A stretch of DNA of 64,000 bases from Eledone cirrhosa (lineage: Eukaryota), in assembly GCA_964016885.1 (NCBI GenBank), contig OZ024742.1:80662001-80726000 (forward strand), given 5' to 3'. Shown here one piece after another: positions 40,836 to 54,200 of the stretch (within the stretch, counting starts at the first letter, position 1; every line of letters begins with the position of its first letter). Made by a program: the position numbers and the translations under genes. Below the pieces are notes generated by a model. It was given only the letters and a program-made list of their open reading frames with translations. It was not told the origin of the DNA and did no database searches.

Positions 40836-43252
40836 TATATAAATCAATATATAGAAATGTATTTGAATTTCTAAAATATGTTTGTTTCCCTTCCTTAAAC
40901 TAGGAACTATGAAATCTCAAATGCGATGAAATGTAGTTGATGAACAAACTATTTCTACCGTAAACATCTATAAGAATCCTTGGTATGAGTTTACAAACTG
41001 ACCTAAAACTGAAATTTCATCTCAAGCACTCACTGAAAGAAAAGACTCCAACATGGCATGATTTCAAAAAGTATTTCAATCGAATTCCTCTGCCTTACAG
41101 ATAATCATTTAATATTGTAAAATGAAGGATTCATCAACGCCCTATCTCCGTGTGGCAGCTGGATTTGAGTGGATACATGCTCTAGCTACCTTCAAGCTAT
41201 CTTTAAGTTTCGAACCCAAATCGGCAAAACAATATTGGATGTTTATGTACTACTCCCAATCTGGCAGTTTTTCAAGAAGTACGATTAAACATTACTCACT
41301 TGTTGATTGGAACATCCAAGTAACGTAATATGCACACTGCTCAGTTTCAATGCAAAATAAAACAACATGAAAATTGTCTTGCTCCATGGGCGCAACACTT
41401 AAAATTGTTTAATATAACAATTAAAAACTAAATAAAAAAAATAAAAAAACATTTCCAGAACCCTATCACACAGTCAATAAAGTTTAGCAACTTATATCTG
41501 TAACACAGATAGGGAACATTCAGACAACACGGCTGGGTGTGGAGCTACTTGATTTTAAAAAAAAAACAAATAGTAATAGATATATAAGCTTCAAATTACA
41601 TCGTAATCTCACAATATTTGATGCAGAGTGGTGCGGAAAATATTTTTCAGAGATTCAGCTAAAGAAATGAGAATTGTTTCAATCAAAATAAAGGTGTTTG
41701 TTTAGACATATTGAGAGTACACTGCAAAGAGTAGGTAACTACCTCTCAGAGAATAATAAACAAACAACATTGATTTGGATACCATATTATACAGATATTT
41801 GAGGAGATAGGAAAGCATATGAATTAGCAAGTGAGGGAGAACAAAACGAAATAAATATATAGATTACAAAACTATAATTAGTCAAGTGTGGGGAAATTGT
41901 TGGGAGAAATGCAGAGATAAGCTCTCAAAGTTCAATCATCCACCTTTTCCAAAAGATCTGACAACATTTAAAACATATCAGACTGTACAATGCTAATGCA
42001 GAATGACTATGCTGGCTTCGAACTGGACATATACAATTGAATTACCTTATATCACAAACAGCTCGTAGATAATCATCCTATGTTCTTGTGGTGGTTTCCC
42101 AGAAACACTTTGCACTATTCGTTCCTGAGAGAGAGAAAACATATTGAAGCCGATCATTAAAAACGTACTGAGATTGCAGACACAATATAGCGTAAAGGTT
42201 ATACCAACTGTAAACAGAAGCATTATTTACACGGAGGTTTCAAAAAGGTTGAACCTTCACTTACTTTACAGCTTCCCTTCCTTTTCATTTCATCTTTATA
42301 TTTTTATTATTATTTTGACTACCATTGGCACTCCTTATTTAATATGATTACTTATTTTTTAATTTTAATATCTACGTTCCCTGGTTCAATCCAGTCAATA
42401 AGTCATACTAAGACCTGGGACGTCACACAGGCAGTCATTTCTGATGACACACCTAAGTAGTGGAGTTTTAATCCTCTATCTAAATCTGCAGTAACAGAGA
42501 AACGAAACTTTACTGAGAAAACGCAGATTATATATAGCTGATTGGACCTAGTCTCATTCACTAATTCCTGTTCCTTACTAGTAATGGATGTGGTTATCCA
42601 GGTTCCAAATGTAATGGTTTGCTCCATTATGCAAACATTCTCCGGTCTGGCTGATTCATGTGTGCCGGTTGACTTGGATTACTAGTAAACAACTAAGCCA
42701 GGGCATTCGGAATTATATTCTAAATAATCAAAGAGTGAGACAAGTGAGATTGCTCCAATAATATATATCGCCTTGTGTAGTGTCCCCACTAAAGTCCATG
42801 TTAAATGCCTAGCAAAGAGATGTAGGGAGATTGTCGAGTCCAAACTAAGTAATGAACTGTCGCTTTTGTCCCGTGAGCCGTCAAAATATTCACTCTGCGG
42901 CAGGTTTTCAGGAATCCTTGGAGTACTGACGAGCGGCGTATACCTGATTTGTAGAACATGACGCCTCATACAACCGCGTTCCATAAGATACGTTGTAGAA
43001 GGTACAGTAGTTGTACGAGATATTTGTACTGCTTCTCGATCGAACATTGGAACTACATCTCCTAAGATCTCAACTTTTTAAGCACTTTCCACCGCAATCT
43101 TTATAACTTCTTTTTTCCTTGCATAAACTCGCATACATACACACACGAATGCACACATCAAGCCAGCACGGCGATAAATACAAACACACAAACAACACCC
43201 TTCACCCACCATTGTTTAGACGTTACATTTTCGCATATATAAGCATATATAA

Positions 43253-43283
<31 letters not shown>

Positions 43284-43308
43284 CGAGATATTTGCGTATA
43301 TATATATA

Positions 43309-43995
43309 TACACAATTGAATATATGAGAGGGATGAACACCGATACAAGTAGATATGTGTTCGAATTGCAATTGACCAAGTTAGCTAGGTTGATAAAATA
43401 CTAATTTAAATGAATATGGTTTGCCTGTCTCGATTAAAGTAATAAATGAATAAAAATAACAAACCTATATCAGGCAACTGCCTTTGATACCCTGACAGAT
43501 CTAACATCTGTTTTGCAAGAATTATTAACTGAAAGCCACCATTCCTGTGCTCTTCTGTGGGAATCCAGGAAACTCGTACCTTTCACATCAACAGATCTAA
43601 GAAGACTGAACTATGTGTTGATATAAAAGCACATGTTGCAGAGCCTAGCTTGTCTCATACTCATGCCGCTAGAATTAGCAGCCGGTTTTATGAGACTAAA
43701 GTTAGCTCTACATATGGAGTCGAGAATATCATAGATTGAGTTAGAAACTCAAAATAGTCTTTTACAATTAAATAGCTCAAAGAAGTGAATCTTTCCGAGC
43801 CGTGTAATACAATTGAATATATGAGAGGGGTGAACATCGATACAAGTAGCTAACTTGGTCATTTGCAATTCGAACACATGTACACTTGTTTTGGTGTTCA
43901 TCCCTCTCATATATTCAATTGTATTACACGCCTCGAAAAGATTCACTTCTTTGAGCTATTTAATTGTAACAGACTATTTTGTGTTTCTAACTCAA
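43309..43995. mobile_element. Direct plus inverted repeat element (PLE-like architecture)
   Basis: 43309-43350 recurs at 43808-43850; 43353-43387 is inverted at 43847-43879; arms 43738-43848 and 43883-43993. Confidence 0.65.
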
Positions 43996-44583
43996 TCTAT
44001 GAAATATATATATGTGTGTGTATGTGCGCGTGTTTTGATCCTTGTGTGTGCATCGCTGTATGTGTATGTGTATTTGTGTGCGTGTGTGTGTGCCTCTGTG
44101 TGTGTGTGTGTGTGTAGTGTGTGTGTGTGTGTATGTGTGCATATAAGATAACATTTTGCAGTTGGAAATGCTCTCAACTTTTATATAACGTTAAGATTCC
44201 ATATCGGTTTAACATTTTTTGTTTGCTTCACAATGGTGGATAAAATGAAATAAACATTTTATGAGTTAGGTAAACATGAAAAAAATATTTCGCAGTAATA
44301 AAACTGGAACATGTCCAAATGTTCCATAACGTTTACTATAAAGCAATATATGCACACATGATCGATAGGTTTCAAATAAATAATGCAAACTGGGAAAATA
44401 TAACTTACCTAACTCATCTCATTGGAAAAGAAAAAAAAATGTACAAGCGCTAGGAAATACAAATTTGAAATTTCAAAATTCTAATAAATTGTTTAAATGC
44501 AATTTCCACATCAAAATCTTTATTAATTTGCCATTTGGACACAGGAAAAACAATTTTCATATATATAAGCCCACCCTCATGTA

Positions 44584-44638
<55 letters not shown>

Positions 44639-44705
44639 GTTATTCCGGGTTGAATCGGAGGTAACCACAGTAAGTAAGGTACTCAATACATAGCAGAGTA
44701 TAACT

Positions 44706-44828
44706 GTTTTAATATAGATGAGATTCTACAGGACTAGAACTGTTTCATTCATTAGAAATCATCATTTCCTGATGGTTTCTAATGAATGAAACAGTTCTAG
44801 TCCTGTAGAATCTCATCTATATTAAAAC
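44706..44828. repeat. Palindrome centred on a hammerhead core
   Basis: Arms 44706-44764 and 44770-44828. The right arm reads CTGATGG-tttc-taat-gaat-GAAA-cagttctaGTC. Confidence 0.75.
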
Positions 44829-44949
44829 TATATATATATATATATATATATATTAGTTTTGTAAGGCTTTTGATATGAAATAGTTTGTTGAAACAAATAT
44901 TGATATACTTGGGGGGTTCATATTGTTATAATATTGCCAGAAATAATAA

Positions 44950-45116
44950 TTATTTCTACTTTTTGGCACAAGGCCAGCAATTACCAGTACATTACTGGTA
45001 CTTTATTTATCGACCCCGTAAGGTTGAAAGGCAAAGTTAACCTCGGCGGGATTTGGCCGTAACTCTATGCGCCAAAGCATGGCGTCCGACCCCTACCGAT
45101 ACTGCCAATTCACCGT
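44950..45116 (-). mobile_element. SINE with target-site duplication
   Basis: Same family as 37904. ttgccagaaat(a/g)ataat flanks both sides (44934, 45117). Confidence 0.85.
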
Positions 45117-45653
45117 TTGCCAGAAATGATAATAAAACACACTCAGTATTAGGTTTGGATAAGTTTTCGCTTCTATATCTCCATAGTTAATTTATGTCGC
45201 AATCAATGTTTATCATTAATTTACCAACGGTTATAAATACAGATATAAATATATAGATATAGTCTATAAAAAGTTCTTTCGTCATACACCTGCGACATAA
45301 TCAGTACTACTATTATGTTTCGTCCCGTTGCGGAACTGGTATCATATGATTCCAGTTCCTCAGCGAAACAACACCCCAACCAGGAACTGGGCATATCAGA
45401 TATTGACAACGTTAAACACCTCAACAACATGTGTACTCGTCTCTACCACACTAATTCGGACTGCCTGAAGAGGTCATCACCAAAGATGGCTGTCACTAAA
45501 TATATATAGCAGTAATAAACGAAGCCAATTTTTAATTATTTGACTTATTTATTTTAATTTATTTTACATTACTCCGGAGTAAACAAACGAACCTGCGCAC
45601 GTCGTCGAGTGCTCCAATCTCCATACTCGGCGTTGGTAAACAACCAACATATA

Positions 45654-45762
<109 letters not shown>

Positions 45763-45821
45763 GACGTAAAATAAGAACATTTTAAAAATTAACTTACTTA
45801 CTAAACTTTACTAATATTTTC

Positions 45822-45903
45822 ACTCCAACTAATTAGTTTCTGTAAGGGAATACATATAGTTACGCAACGCAACTATAGAGAAGTCCTTACGTCATCAGGG
45901 AGT
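45822..45903 (-). ncRNA. Type I hammerhead ribozyme
   Basis: actcc-CTGATGA-cgtaagg..ccttaca-GAAA-ctaattagt-T|ggagt. ACTAATTAGT palindrome, perfect stem I. Confidence 0.85.
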
Positions 45904-46350
45904 CTATTCTCAGCTAGGTTCCCAGGCAATGCGCGGACACTAGGAACCCATATAAAAATAATAATTCAGTGCATGGAAAGAGTTACCGGGGACTAAATTC
46001 CAGGGCACTAAAAAAATTCACTGCCTACTTGGTCAGTGGCAAATTCTAAAGAATCAATCACGTGACACTGAGGTTAATCAGTGAGGGTGGGGTGGTATTA
46101 TGACAAGAGCCTAACTACTACCATGAACCATAGCAGTAAATTTCGGCAAGTTTTGCTCAACAAATAATTTGGAGATAAATATAGAGAATTAGTATATCTA
46201 CCAACATATGTATACAGATGTATACACATGCTAGCAAATATATATATGTTATGTCTTAGTACCTTTGTGGTTCTATGCAGGGGGATGCTGAACAATTATA
46301 TGAAAGACGTAAAATAAGAAAATTTTAAAAGTTACCTTACTAAAATTTTC

Positions 46351-46432
46351 ACTCTAACTAATTAGTTTCTGTAAGGGAATAAATATAGTTACGCAACGCA
46401 ACTACAGAGAAGTCCTAACGTCATCAGGGAGT
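46351..46432 (-). ncRNA. Second copy of the 45822 hammerhead
   Basis: Same core and stem III, with minor stem changes. Confidence 0.75.
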
Positions 46433-46746
46433 CTATTCTCATCTAGGTTCCCAGGCAATGCGCCGACACTAGGAACCAATATAAAAATAATAATTCAGTG
46501 AATGGAAAAGAGCTAGCGGGGACCAAATTCCAGGGCACTGAAAAAATCCACTGCCCACTTGGTCAGTGGCAAATTCTAAAGAATCAATCAATAGTTGCGT
46601 TGCGTAACTATATTTATTCCCTTACAGAAACTAATTAGTTGAAGTTAAAATTTTAGTAAGTAAATTAATTTTTAAAATTTTCTTATTTTACGTCTATCAT
46701 ATAATTGTTCATATAATTGTACATATGTTGTTAGATATACTAATAG

Positions 46747-46833
<87 letters not shown>

Positions 46834-46834
<1 letters not shown>

Positions 46835-47374
46835 TACTATATTTATAAAACCATATCTATTTTATTATACACATTTCAAGTATACCATGTTAAATTATGG
46901 TATGCTTTCATCAGACAAAATACAATATATACCAGTTTTACAAATAAATTTTAACATACCCATTTAAAATGCAACCGTTACCTTTGGAAGACATCAGGAT
47001 ATTGGATTTGTTTATCTTAGTAAGTCATTGTGTTACGGAGAAGGAAAAATACGTCTTTTTTCTTCTCCGTAACACAATGACTTACTAAGATAAACAAATC
47101 CAATATCCTGATGTCTTCCAAAAGAAACGGTTGCATTTTGAAAAGGTATGTTAAAATTTATTTGTAAAACTGGTATATATTGTATTTTGTCTGATGAAAG
47201 CATACCATAATTTAACATGGTATCCTTGAAATATGTATAATAAAATAGATGTGTTTTTATATATATAGTTTCCATTTGTTAATAACGTATATTTACTCCA
47301 AATACTTCTCGAGGGCTTTATATCAGTTATAAAAATATGTGCTTGTTGTATCCCAACAATTTCAATATATCTTT

Positions 47375-47413
<39 letters not shown>

Positions 47414-47432
47414 GTATTTTTAATTGTTGGTC
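46834..47432. mobile_element. Fold-back element with an HHR in each arm (46858-46922 minus, 47183-47247 plus)
   Basis: tattttgt-CTGATGA-aagcataccat..atggtatcctt-GAAA-tatgtat-A|ataaaata. Arms ~46836-47043 and 47061-47268; family of 14049-14510. Confidence 0.82.
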
Positions 47433-47547
47433 AACCAATGCCAGATAAATTAACTATGGAGATACAGAAGCGGAAACCAACCCAAACCAAACAATGGGTG
47501 TGTTTCATTATTATTTCTAGCAATATAACAAATATATATATATATAT

Positions 47548-47913
47548 AATTCATGTAAACGTAATGTACAGACTTCATCTCTCTCTCTCTCTCTCTCCTA
47601 GCGTATTTTCAAAACAATCCACATTTCGTATTCAAGTCCAAATAGCCATTCTATCGCTAAAACAAACTACATTTTCTGTTTCTATTAAGTGCTAAATACG
47701 TTTAGGTTTTTGGACGTATTTAACTGAACAAATTTTGTATTTTTGTTAATCGCTTATTACCTTCTTGCTAGCTATTTTCAAACCTTAATTCCTAACGTAT
47801 TTTCAAACCCCAATCCCTAATTCTAACAAAAAAGCAAAATCCTTTCCTTCTTCGAAGGCACGGGGCGGTCAAACGCCTAACACCCACAGCCATCATGTGG
47901 CCCCCTACCCTCG

Positions 47914-47947
<34 letters not shown>

Positions 47948-48374
47948 ATAAATATATGATAGGAATTCACTTCGCCAAATTTCATTTCTTTGCCTGCTGT
48001 CCAAACGAAATTCATGTAAACGTAATGTACAGACTTCATCTCTCTCTCTCTCTCTCTCCTAGCGTATTTTCAAAACAATCCACATTTCGTATTCAAGTCC
48101 AAATAGCCATTCTATCGCTAAAACAAACTACATTTTCTGTTTCTATTAAGTGCTAAATACGTTTAGGTTTTTGGACGTATTTAACTGAACAAATTTTGTA
48201 TTTTTGTTAATCGCTTATTACCTTCTTGCTAGCTATTTTCAAACCTTAATTCCTAACGTATTTTCAAACCCCAATCCCTAATTCTAACAAAAAAGCAAAA
48301 TCCTTTCCTTCTTCGAAGGCACGGGGCGGTCAAACGCCTAACACCCACAGCCATCATGTGGCCCCCTACCCTCG

Positions 48375-48408
<34 letters not shown>

Positions 48409-48835
48409 ATAAATATATGATAGGAATTCACTTCGCCAAATTTCATTTCTTTGCCTGCTGTCCAAACGAAATTCATGTAAACGTAATGTACAGACTTCAT
48501 CTCTCTCTCTCTCTCTCTCCTAGCGTATTTTCAAAACAATCCACATTTCGTATTCAAGTCCAAATAGCCATTCTATCGCTAAAACAAACTACATTTTCTG
48601 TTTCTATTAAGTGCTAAATACGTTTAGGTTTTTGGACGTATTTAACTGAACAAATTTTGTATTTTTGTTAATCGCTTATTACCTTCTTGCTAGCTATTTT
48701 CAAACCTTAATTCCTAACGTATTTTCAAACCCCAATCCCTAATTCTAACAAAAAAGCAAAATCCTTTCCTTCTTCGAAGGCACGGGGCGGTCAAACGCCT
48801 AACACCCACAGCCATCATGTGGCCCCCTACCCTCG

Positions 48836-48871
<36 letters not shown>

Positions 48872-49752
48872 ATAAATATATGATAGGAATTCACTTCGCC
48901 AAATTTCATTTCTTTGCCTGCTGTCCAAACGAAATTCATGTAAACGTAATGTACAGACTTCATCTCTCTCTCTCTCTCCTAGCGTATTTTCAAAACAATC
49001 CACATTTCGTATTCAAGTCCAAATAGCCATTCTATCGCTAAAACAAACTACATTTTCTGTTTCTATTAAGTGCTAAATACGTTTAGGTTTTTGGACGTAT
49101 TTAACTGAACAAATTTTGTATTTTTGTTAATCGCTTATTACCTTCTTGCTAGCTATTTTCAAACCTTAATTCCTAACGTATTTTCAAACCCCAATCCCTA
49201 ATTCTAACAAAAAAGCAAAATCCTTCCTTCTTCGAAGGCACGGGGCGGTCAAACGCCTAACACCCACAGCCATCATGTGGCCCCCTACCCTCGCACTCTC
49301 TCTCTCTCTCTCTCTCTCTCTCCCTATAAATATATGATAGGAATTCACTTCGCCAAATTTCATTTCTTTGCCTGCTGTCCAAACAAAATTCATGTAAACG
49401 TAATGTACAGACTTCATCTCTCTCTCTCTCTCTCTCCTAGCGTATTTTCAAAACAATCCACATTTCGTATTCAAGTCCAAATAGCCATTCTATCGCTAAA
49501 ACAAACTACATTTTCTGTTTCTATTAAGTGCTAAATACGTTTAGGTTTTTGGACGTATTTAACTGAACAAATTTTGTATTTTTGTTAATCGCTTATTACC
49601 TTCTTGCTAGCTATTTTCAAACCTTAATTCCTAACGTATTTTCAAACCCCAATCCCTAATTCTAACAAAAAAGCAAAATCGTTTCCTTCTTCGAAGGCAC
49701 GGGGCGGTCAAACGCCTAACACCCACAGCCATCATGTGGCCCCCTACCCTCG

Positions 49753-49788
<36 letters not shown>

Positions 49789-51017
49789 ATAAATATATGA
49801 TAGGAATTCACTTCGCCAAATTTCATTTCTTTGCCTGCTGTCCAAACGAAATTCATGTAAACGTAATGTACAGACTTCATCTCTCTCTCTCTCTCTCTCC
49901 TAGCGTATTTTCAAAACAATCCACATTTCGTATTCAAGTCCAAATAGCCATTCTATCGCTAAAACAAACTACATTTTCTGTTTCTATTAAGTGCTAAATA
50001 CGTTTAGGTTTTTGGACGTATTTAACTGAACAAATTTTGTATTTTTGTTAATCGCTTATTACCTTCTTGCTAGCTATTTTCAAACCTTAATTCCTAACGT
50101 ATTTTCAAACCCCAATCCCTAATTCTAACAAAAAAGCAAAATCGTTTCCTTCTTCGAAGGCACGGGGCGGTCAAACGCCTAACACCCACAGCCATCATGT
50201 GGCCCCCTACCCTCGCACTCTCTCTCTCTCTCTCTCTCTCCCTATAAATATATGATAGGAATTCACTTCGCCAAATTTCATTTCTTTGCCTGCTGTCCAA
50301 ACGAAATTCATGTAAACGTAATGTACAGACTTCATCTATCTCTCTCTCTCTCTCCTAGCGTATTTTCAAAACAATCCACATTTCGTATTCAAGTCCAAAT
50401 AGCCATTCTATCGCTAAAACAAACTACATTTTCTGTTTCTATTAAGTGCTAAATACGTTTAGGTTTTTGGACGTATTTAACTGAACAAATTTTGTATTTT
50501 TGTTAATCGCTTATTACCTTCTTGCTAGCTATTTTCAAACCTTAATTCCTAACGTATTTTCAAACCCCAATCCCTAATTCTAACAAAAAAGCAAAATCCT
50601 TTCCTTCTTCGAAGGCACGGGGCGGTCAAACGCCTAACACCCACAGCCATCATGTGGCCCCCTACCCTCGCACTCTCTCTCTCTCTCTCTCTCTCTCTCC
50701 CTATAAATATATGATAGGAATTCACTTCGCCAAATTTCATTTCTTTGCCTGCTGTCCAAACGAAATTCATGTAAACGTAATGTACAGACTTCATCTCTCT
50801 CTCTCTCTCTCTCCTAGCGTATTTTCAAAACAATCCACATTTCGTATTCAAGTCCAAATAGCCATTCTATCGCTAAAACAAACTACATTTTCTGTTTCTA
50901 TTAAGTGCTAAATACGTTTAGGTTTTTGGACGTATTTAACTGAACAAATTTTGTATTTTTGTTAATCGCTTGTTAAATGCATAGACCCCTCTCAATCATT
51001 ACCTTCTTGCTAGCTAC
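47548..51017 (+). repeat. Tandem array of ~454-463-bp monomers (7 full + 1 partial) forming the 5' end of RTE copy 2
   Basis: Units start at 47548, 48009, 48470, 48933, 49387, 49850, 50305 and 50764. They differ mainly in (CT)n length, and the last runs into the RTE leader. Confidence 0.95.
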
Positions 51018-51246
51018 CCAACACCCCTCCCTCCCACCCCCACACACCACCATTGCTATTACGTGGACCAATCATAAAACAGAGCCCCCACGTATCACCA
51101 GTATTATTACGCGGACCAATCAGAAACCAGAGGCCTATACTATCGCTTGCCTGGTTGCCTTTCGATATACGATATATGATGGATGGATGGACTGCGGAAT
51201 CCTGGAGAGTGGAGGTGAGAGAGAAAAATCTGGACGCTCAGCGACA

Positions 51247-54200
51247 ATGCCAAAGATAAAGACAAATTCACCCCTTGGACGAGAATGCGAGCACTCCTCA
51301 TTGTTTCGACCGCGGACGGCTAACATAACCCCATCGCCCCCCGCCCCTCACCGCCCCCAACCCCCAAACGCAATCCAAAACTTCAGAGTTGGTACCATAA
51401 ATGTAGGCACCCTAAAGGGTCGCGCTAACGAGGTTGTAGAAATGCTTGAACGTAAGGAGGTCGATGTTTGTTGTATTCAAGAGACCAGGTGGAGGGGTGG
51501 GTCTGCTAGGTTCATTGAGGGTAAAAAACGTTGTTATAAGCTTTTCTGGGTGGGAAACGACGATGGGCTGGGTGGAGTAGGAATCATGGTAGCAGAAAAG
51601 TGGGCAGATAAGATAATAGACGTAAATAGAGTGAACGACAGAATAATTAAAATACGACTTGTCCTCAATAGAACTACGGTGACAGTAATATCTGCGTACG
51701 CACCCCAATCCGGACTGCCCGGCACTATAAAAGACAGATTCTATGAGACACTGATGCTAACTACCTCCCAAATATCCGACAGTGACTATATAATTATCGC
51801 AGGCGACCTAAATGGTCACGTTGGACAACATTGTGACGGATACGACGAAATCCATGGAGGCTATGGGTTTGGTACTAGAAATGAGGAAGGCTCCAGAATC
51901 CTGGAATTCTGTGATGCAAATAACCTAACTATCTGTAACACTAACTTCAAAAAACGTGACAATCACCTGATCACCTATAGATCCGGGGAACACACAAGCC
52001 AGGTAGATTATATCCTTACCAGAAGACGTGACAGAGTGTCTGTTGTTAACACTAAATCCCTCCCCCATGAAGAATGCACCTCCCAACATAGACTGATAAT
52101 TAGCGACCTCATAGTCAGGACGAGACGTACTCGACAACAGAAGAGGACTATCCTCAGGAGGAAAATATGGAAGCTAAAGGACCCCACAGCCAGGAATAAA
52201 TTTCAAAGCATATTACTTGATGCTTTCGACAGTAAGGAAGAACATTTAGAGTCGGACAATATAGAGGGAGAGTGGGAATTTCTGAAAGCAAACCTGCTGT
52301 TGGCGACAGACGAGGTCTGTGGCTGGAGCAGGCCTGTAGGCAGGAGGAGAGTAACATGGTGGTGGAACAGTAAGGTGGAGGGGTCAATTAAGGCCAAAAA
52401 GCAGGCTTGGAAAGTATGGCGGGATGGGGGAAGTAGAGAGGACTATCAAGTGGCCAGGAGGGAAGCTAGGAGACAAGTGTACTTAGCAAGAAGGGAAGCT
52501 GAGGAAAGAAAGTTCAAGCATGTTCTACAACGCGATGACCAAAAACGTGAGGTGTTCAGGATTGCTAGGCAATGCGTCAAGGAAAACCGTGATATTGTCG
52601 GGGAGAAGTGTGTACTAAACGACGATGGCACACTTGCCATCACCGACGCTGATAAGAAGGTAGCTTGGAAGTGTCACTATGAAAGGCTTCTAAATGAGGA
52701 GAATAATTGGGAGAAAGGCAGTCTCCCCCATATCGACCCAATAGAGGGACCAGCAGTGTTAGTCGAGGGGAGTATAATAAGTAAGGCAATCAAGGATATG
52801 AAGACTGGTAAGGCGGCTGGGCCTTCGGAAATAGTTGCTGAGATGCTGAAGGCATCTGGCACGGTGGGACACACCATGGTCACCCGCATAGTTAACCAAG
52901 TCGTACAGAACGGGGTTGTTCCGAAGGACTGGCATAGCAGCATCATCGTTAACTGTTATAAGGGTAAAGGAGACGCCCTAGATAGGAGTAACTATAGAGG
53001 CATTAAATTAATCGACCAGGTCATGAAGGTCACGGAAAGAGTAATAGCGCAACTAATCAGAGAGAGAATTGACCTAGATGAAATGCAGTTCGGGTTTGTG
53101 TCAGGCAAAAGTACCACAGACGCTCTTTTCATAGTACGACAACTACAAGAGAAGTACCTAGCTAAAGGTAAACCCCTCTACTTAGCTTTTGTCGACTTGG
53201 AGAAAGCCTTCGACAGAGTCCCCCGCTCCATTATCTGGTGGGCTCTTAGAAAACTAGGCGTTGACGAATGGCTTGTGAGGGCTATACAAGCCATGTATAA
53301 AGAAACAGTCAGCAAGGTTAGAATTAACAACGAATATAGTGAAGAGTTTAGCGTAAAAGTCGGCGTCCATCAGGGCTCTGTTCTCAGTCCACTACTATTT
53401 ATTATTGCCCTTCAGGCCATAACAGAGGAGTTCAAGACAGGCTGCCCATGGGAACTCCTATACGCAGACGACCTGACACTCATAGCGGAATCAATGGCCG
53501 AGCTAGAGAAGAAATTCCAAACATGGAAGCACGGCCTAGAGTCAAAAGGACTTAAAATTAACCTGGCTAAGACCAAAGTACTAGTTTGTAGGAAAGAAAA
53601 CAAGGCGGCGGTCCCTTCTGGGAAATGGTCGTGCTCGGTGTGTAGGAAAGGCGTAGGTAGAAACTCCATTTTATGTCCTAAATGCAAAGTATGGGTGCAT
53701 AAAAGATGTAGTGGGATCACAGGTAGGCTAACTAAGAACATAGATTTTACATGTGGCCGGTGCTCTGGTGCAATAAGTAGCAGCAAGTGCCCACAAACTA
53801 CTAGCTCTTTCAATTGCGCAGAGGGTTCTATAGAAATAGTGGACAGCTTCCGTTACCTGGGCGATAAAATCAGCAGTGGGGGAGGGTGCTCTGAAAGTAC
53901 TGTAGCTAGAGTCAGAACTGGTTGGAAAAAGTTCAGAGAGCTTATACCACTATTAGCTGCTAAAGGGTTCTCACTAAAAATGAAAGGCAGGTTGTACGAT
54001 GCCTGCATACGAACAGCAATGCTGCATGGCAGTGAGACCTGGGCATTGTGTGCAGAGGATATACGCAGACTAGAGAGGAACGAAGCTTGCATGCTCCGCT
54101 GGATGTGTAACAGTAATATACGTGAACGGCAAAGCATAAACGAACTAAGGAATAAATTAGAGATAAGAGGGATCAGATGTTGTTTACTCGAGAGAAGGCT

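Noticed and set aside
47548-51017. CRISPR array, or repeated small genes (MIGIHFAKF...)
   Set aside because: Units are ~460 bp and identical throughout with no unique spacers, there are no cas genes, and the ORFs shift with (CT)n length.
50977-51246. 90-aa N-terminal extension of the RTE ORF
   Set aside because: It starts in the monomer junction and is not conserved in frame in copy 1; ATG 51247 is the shared start.
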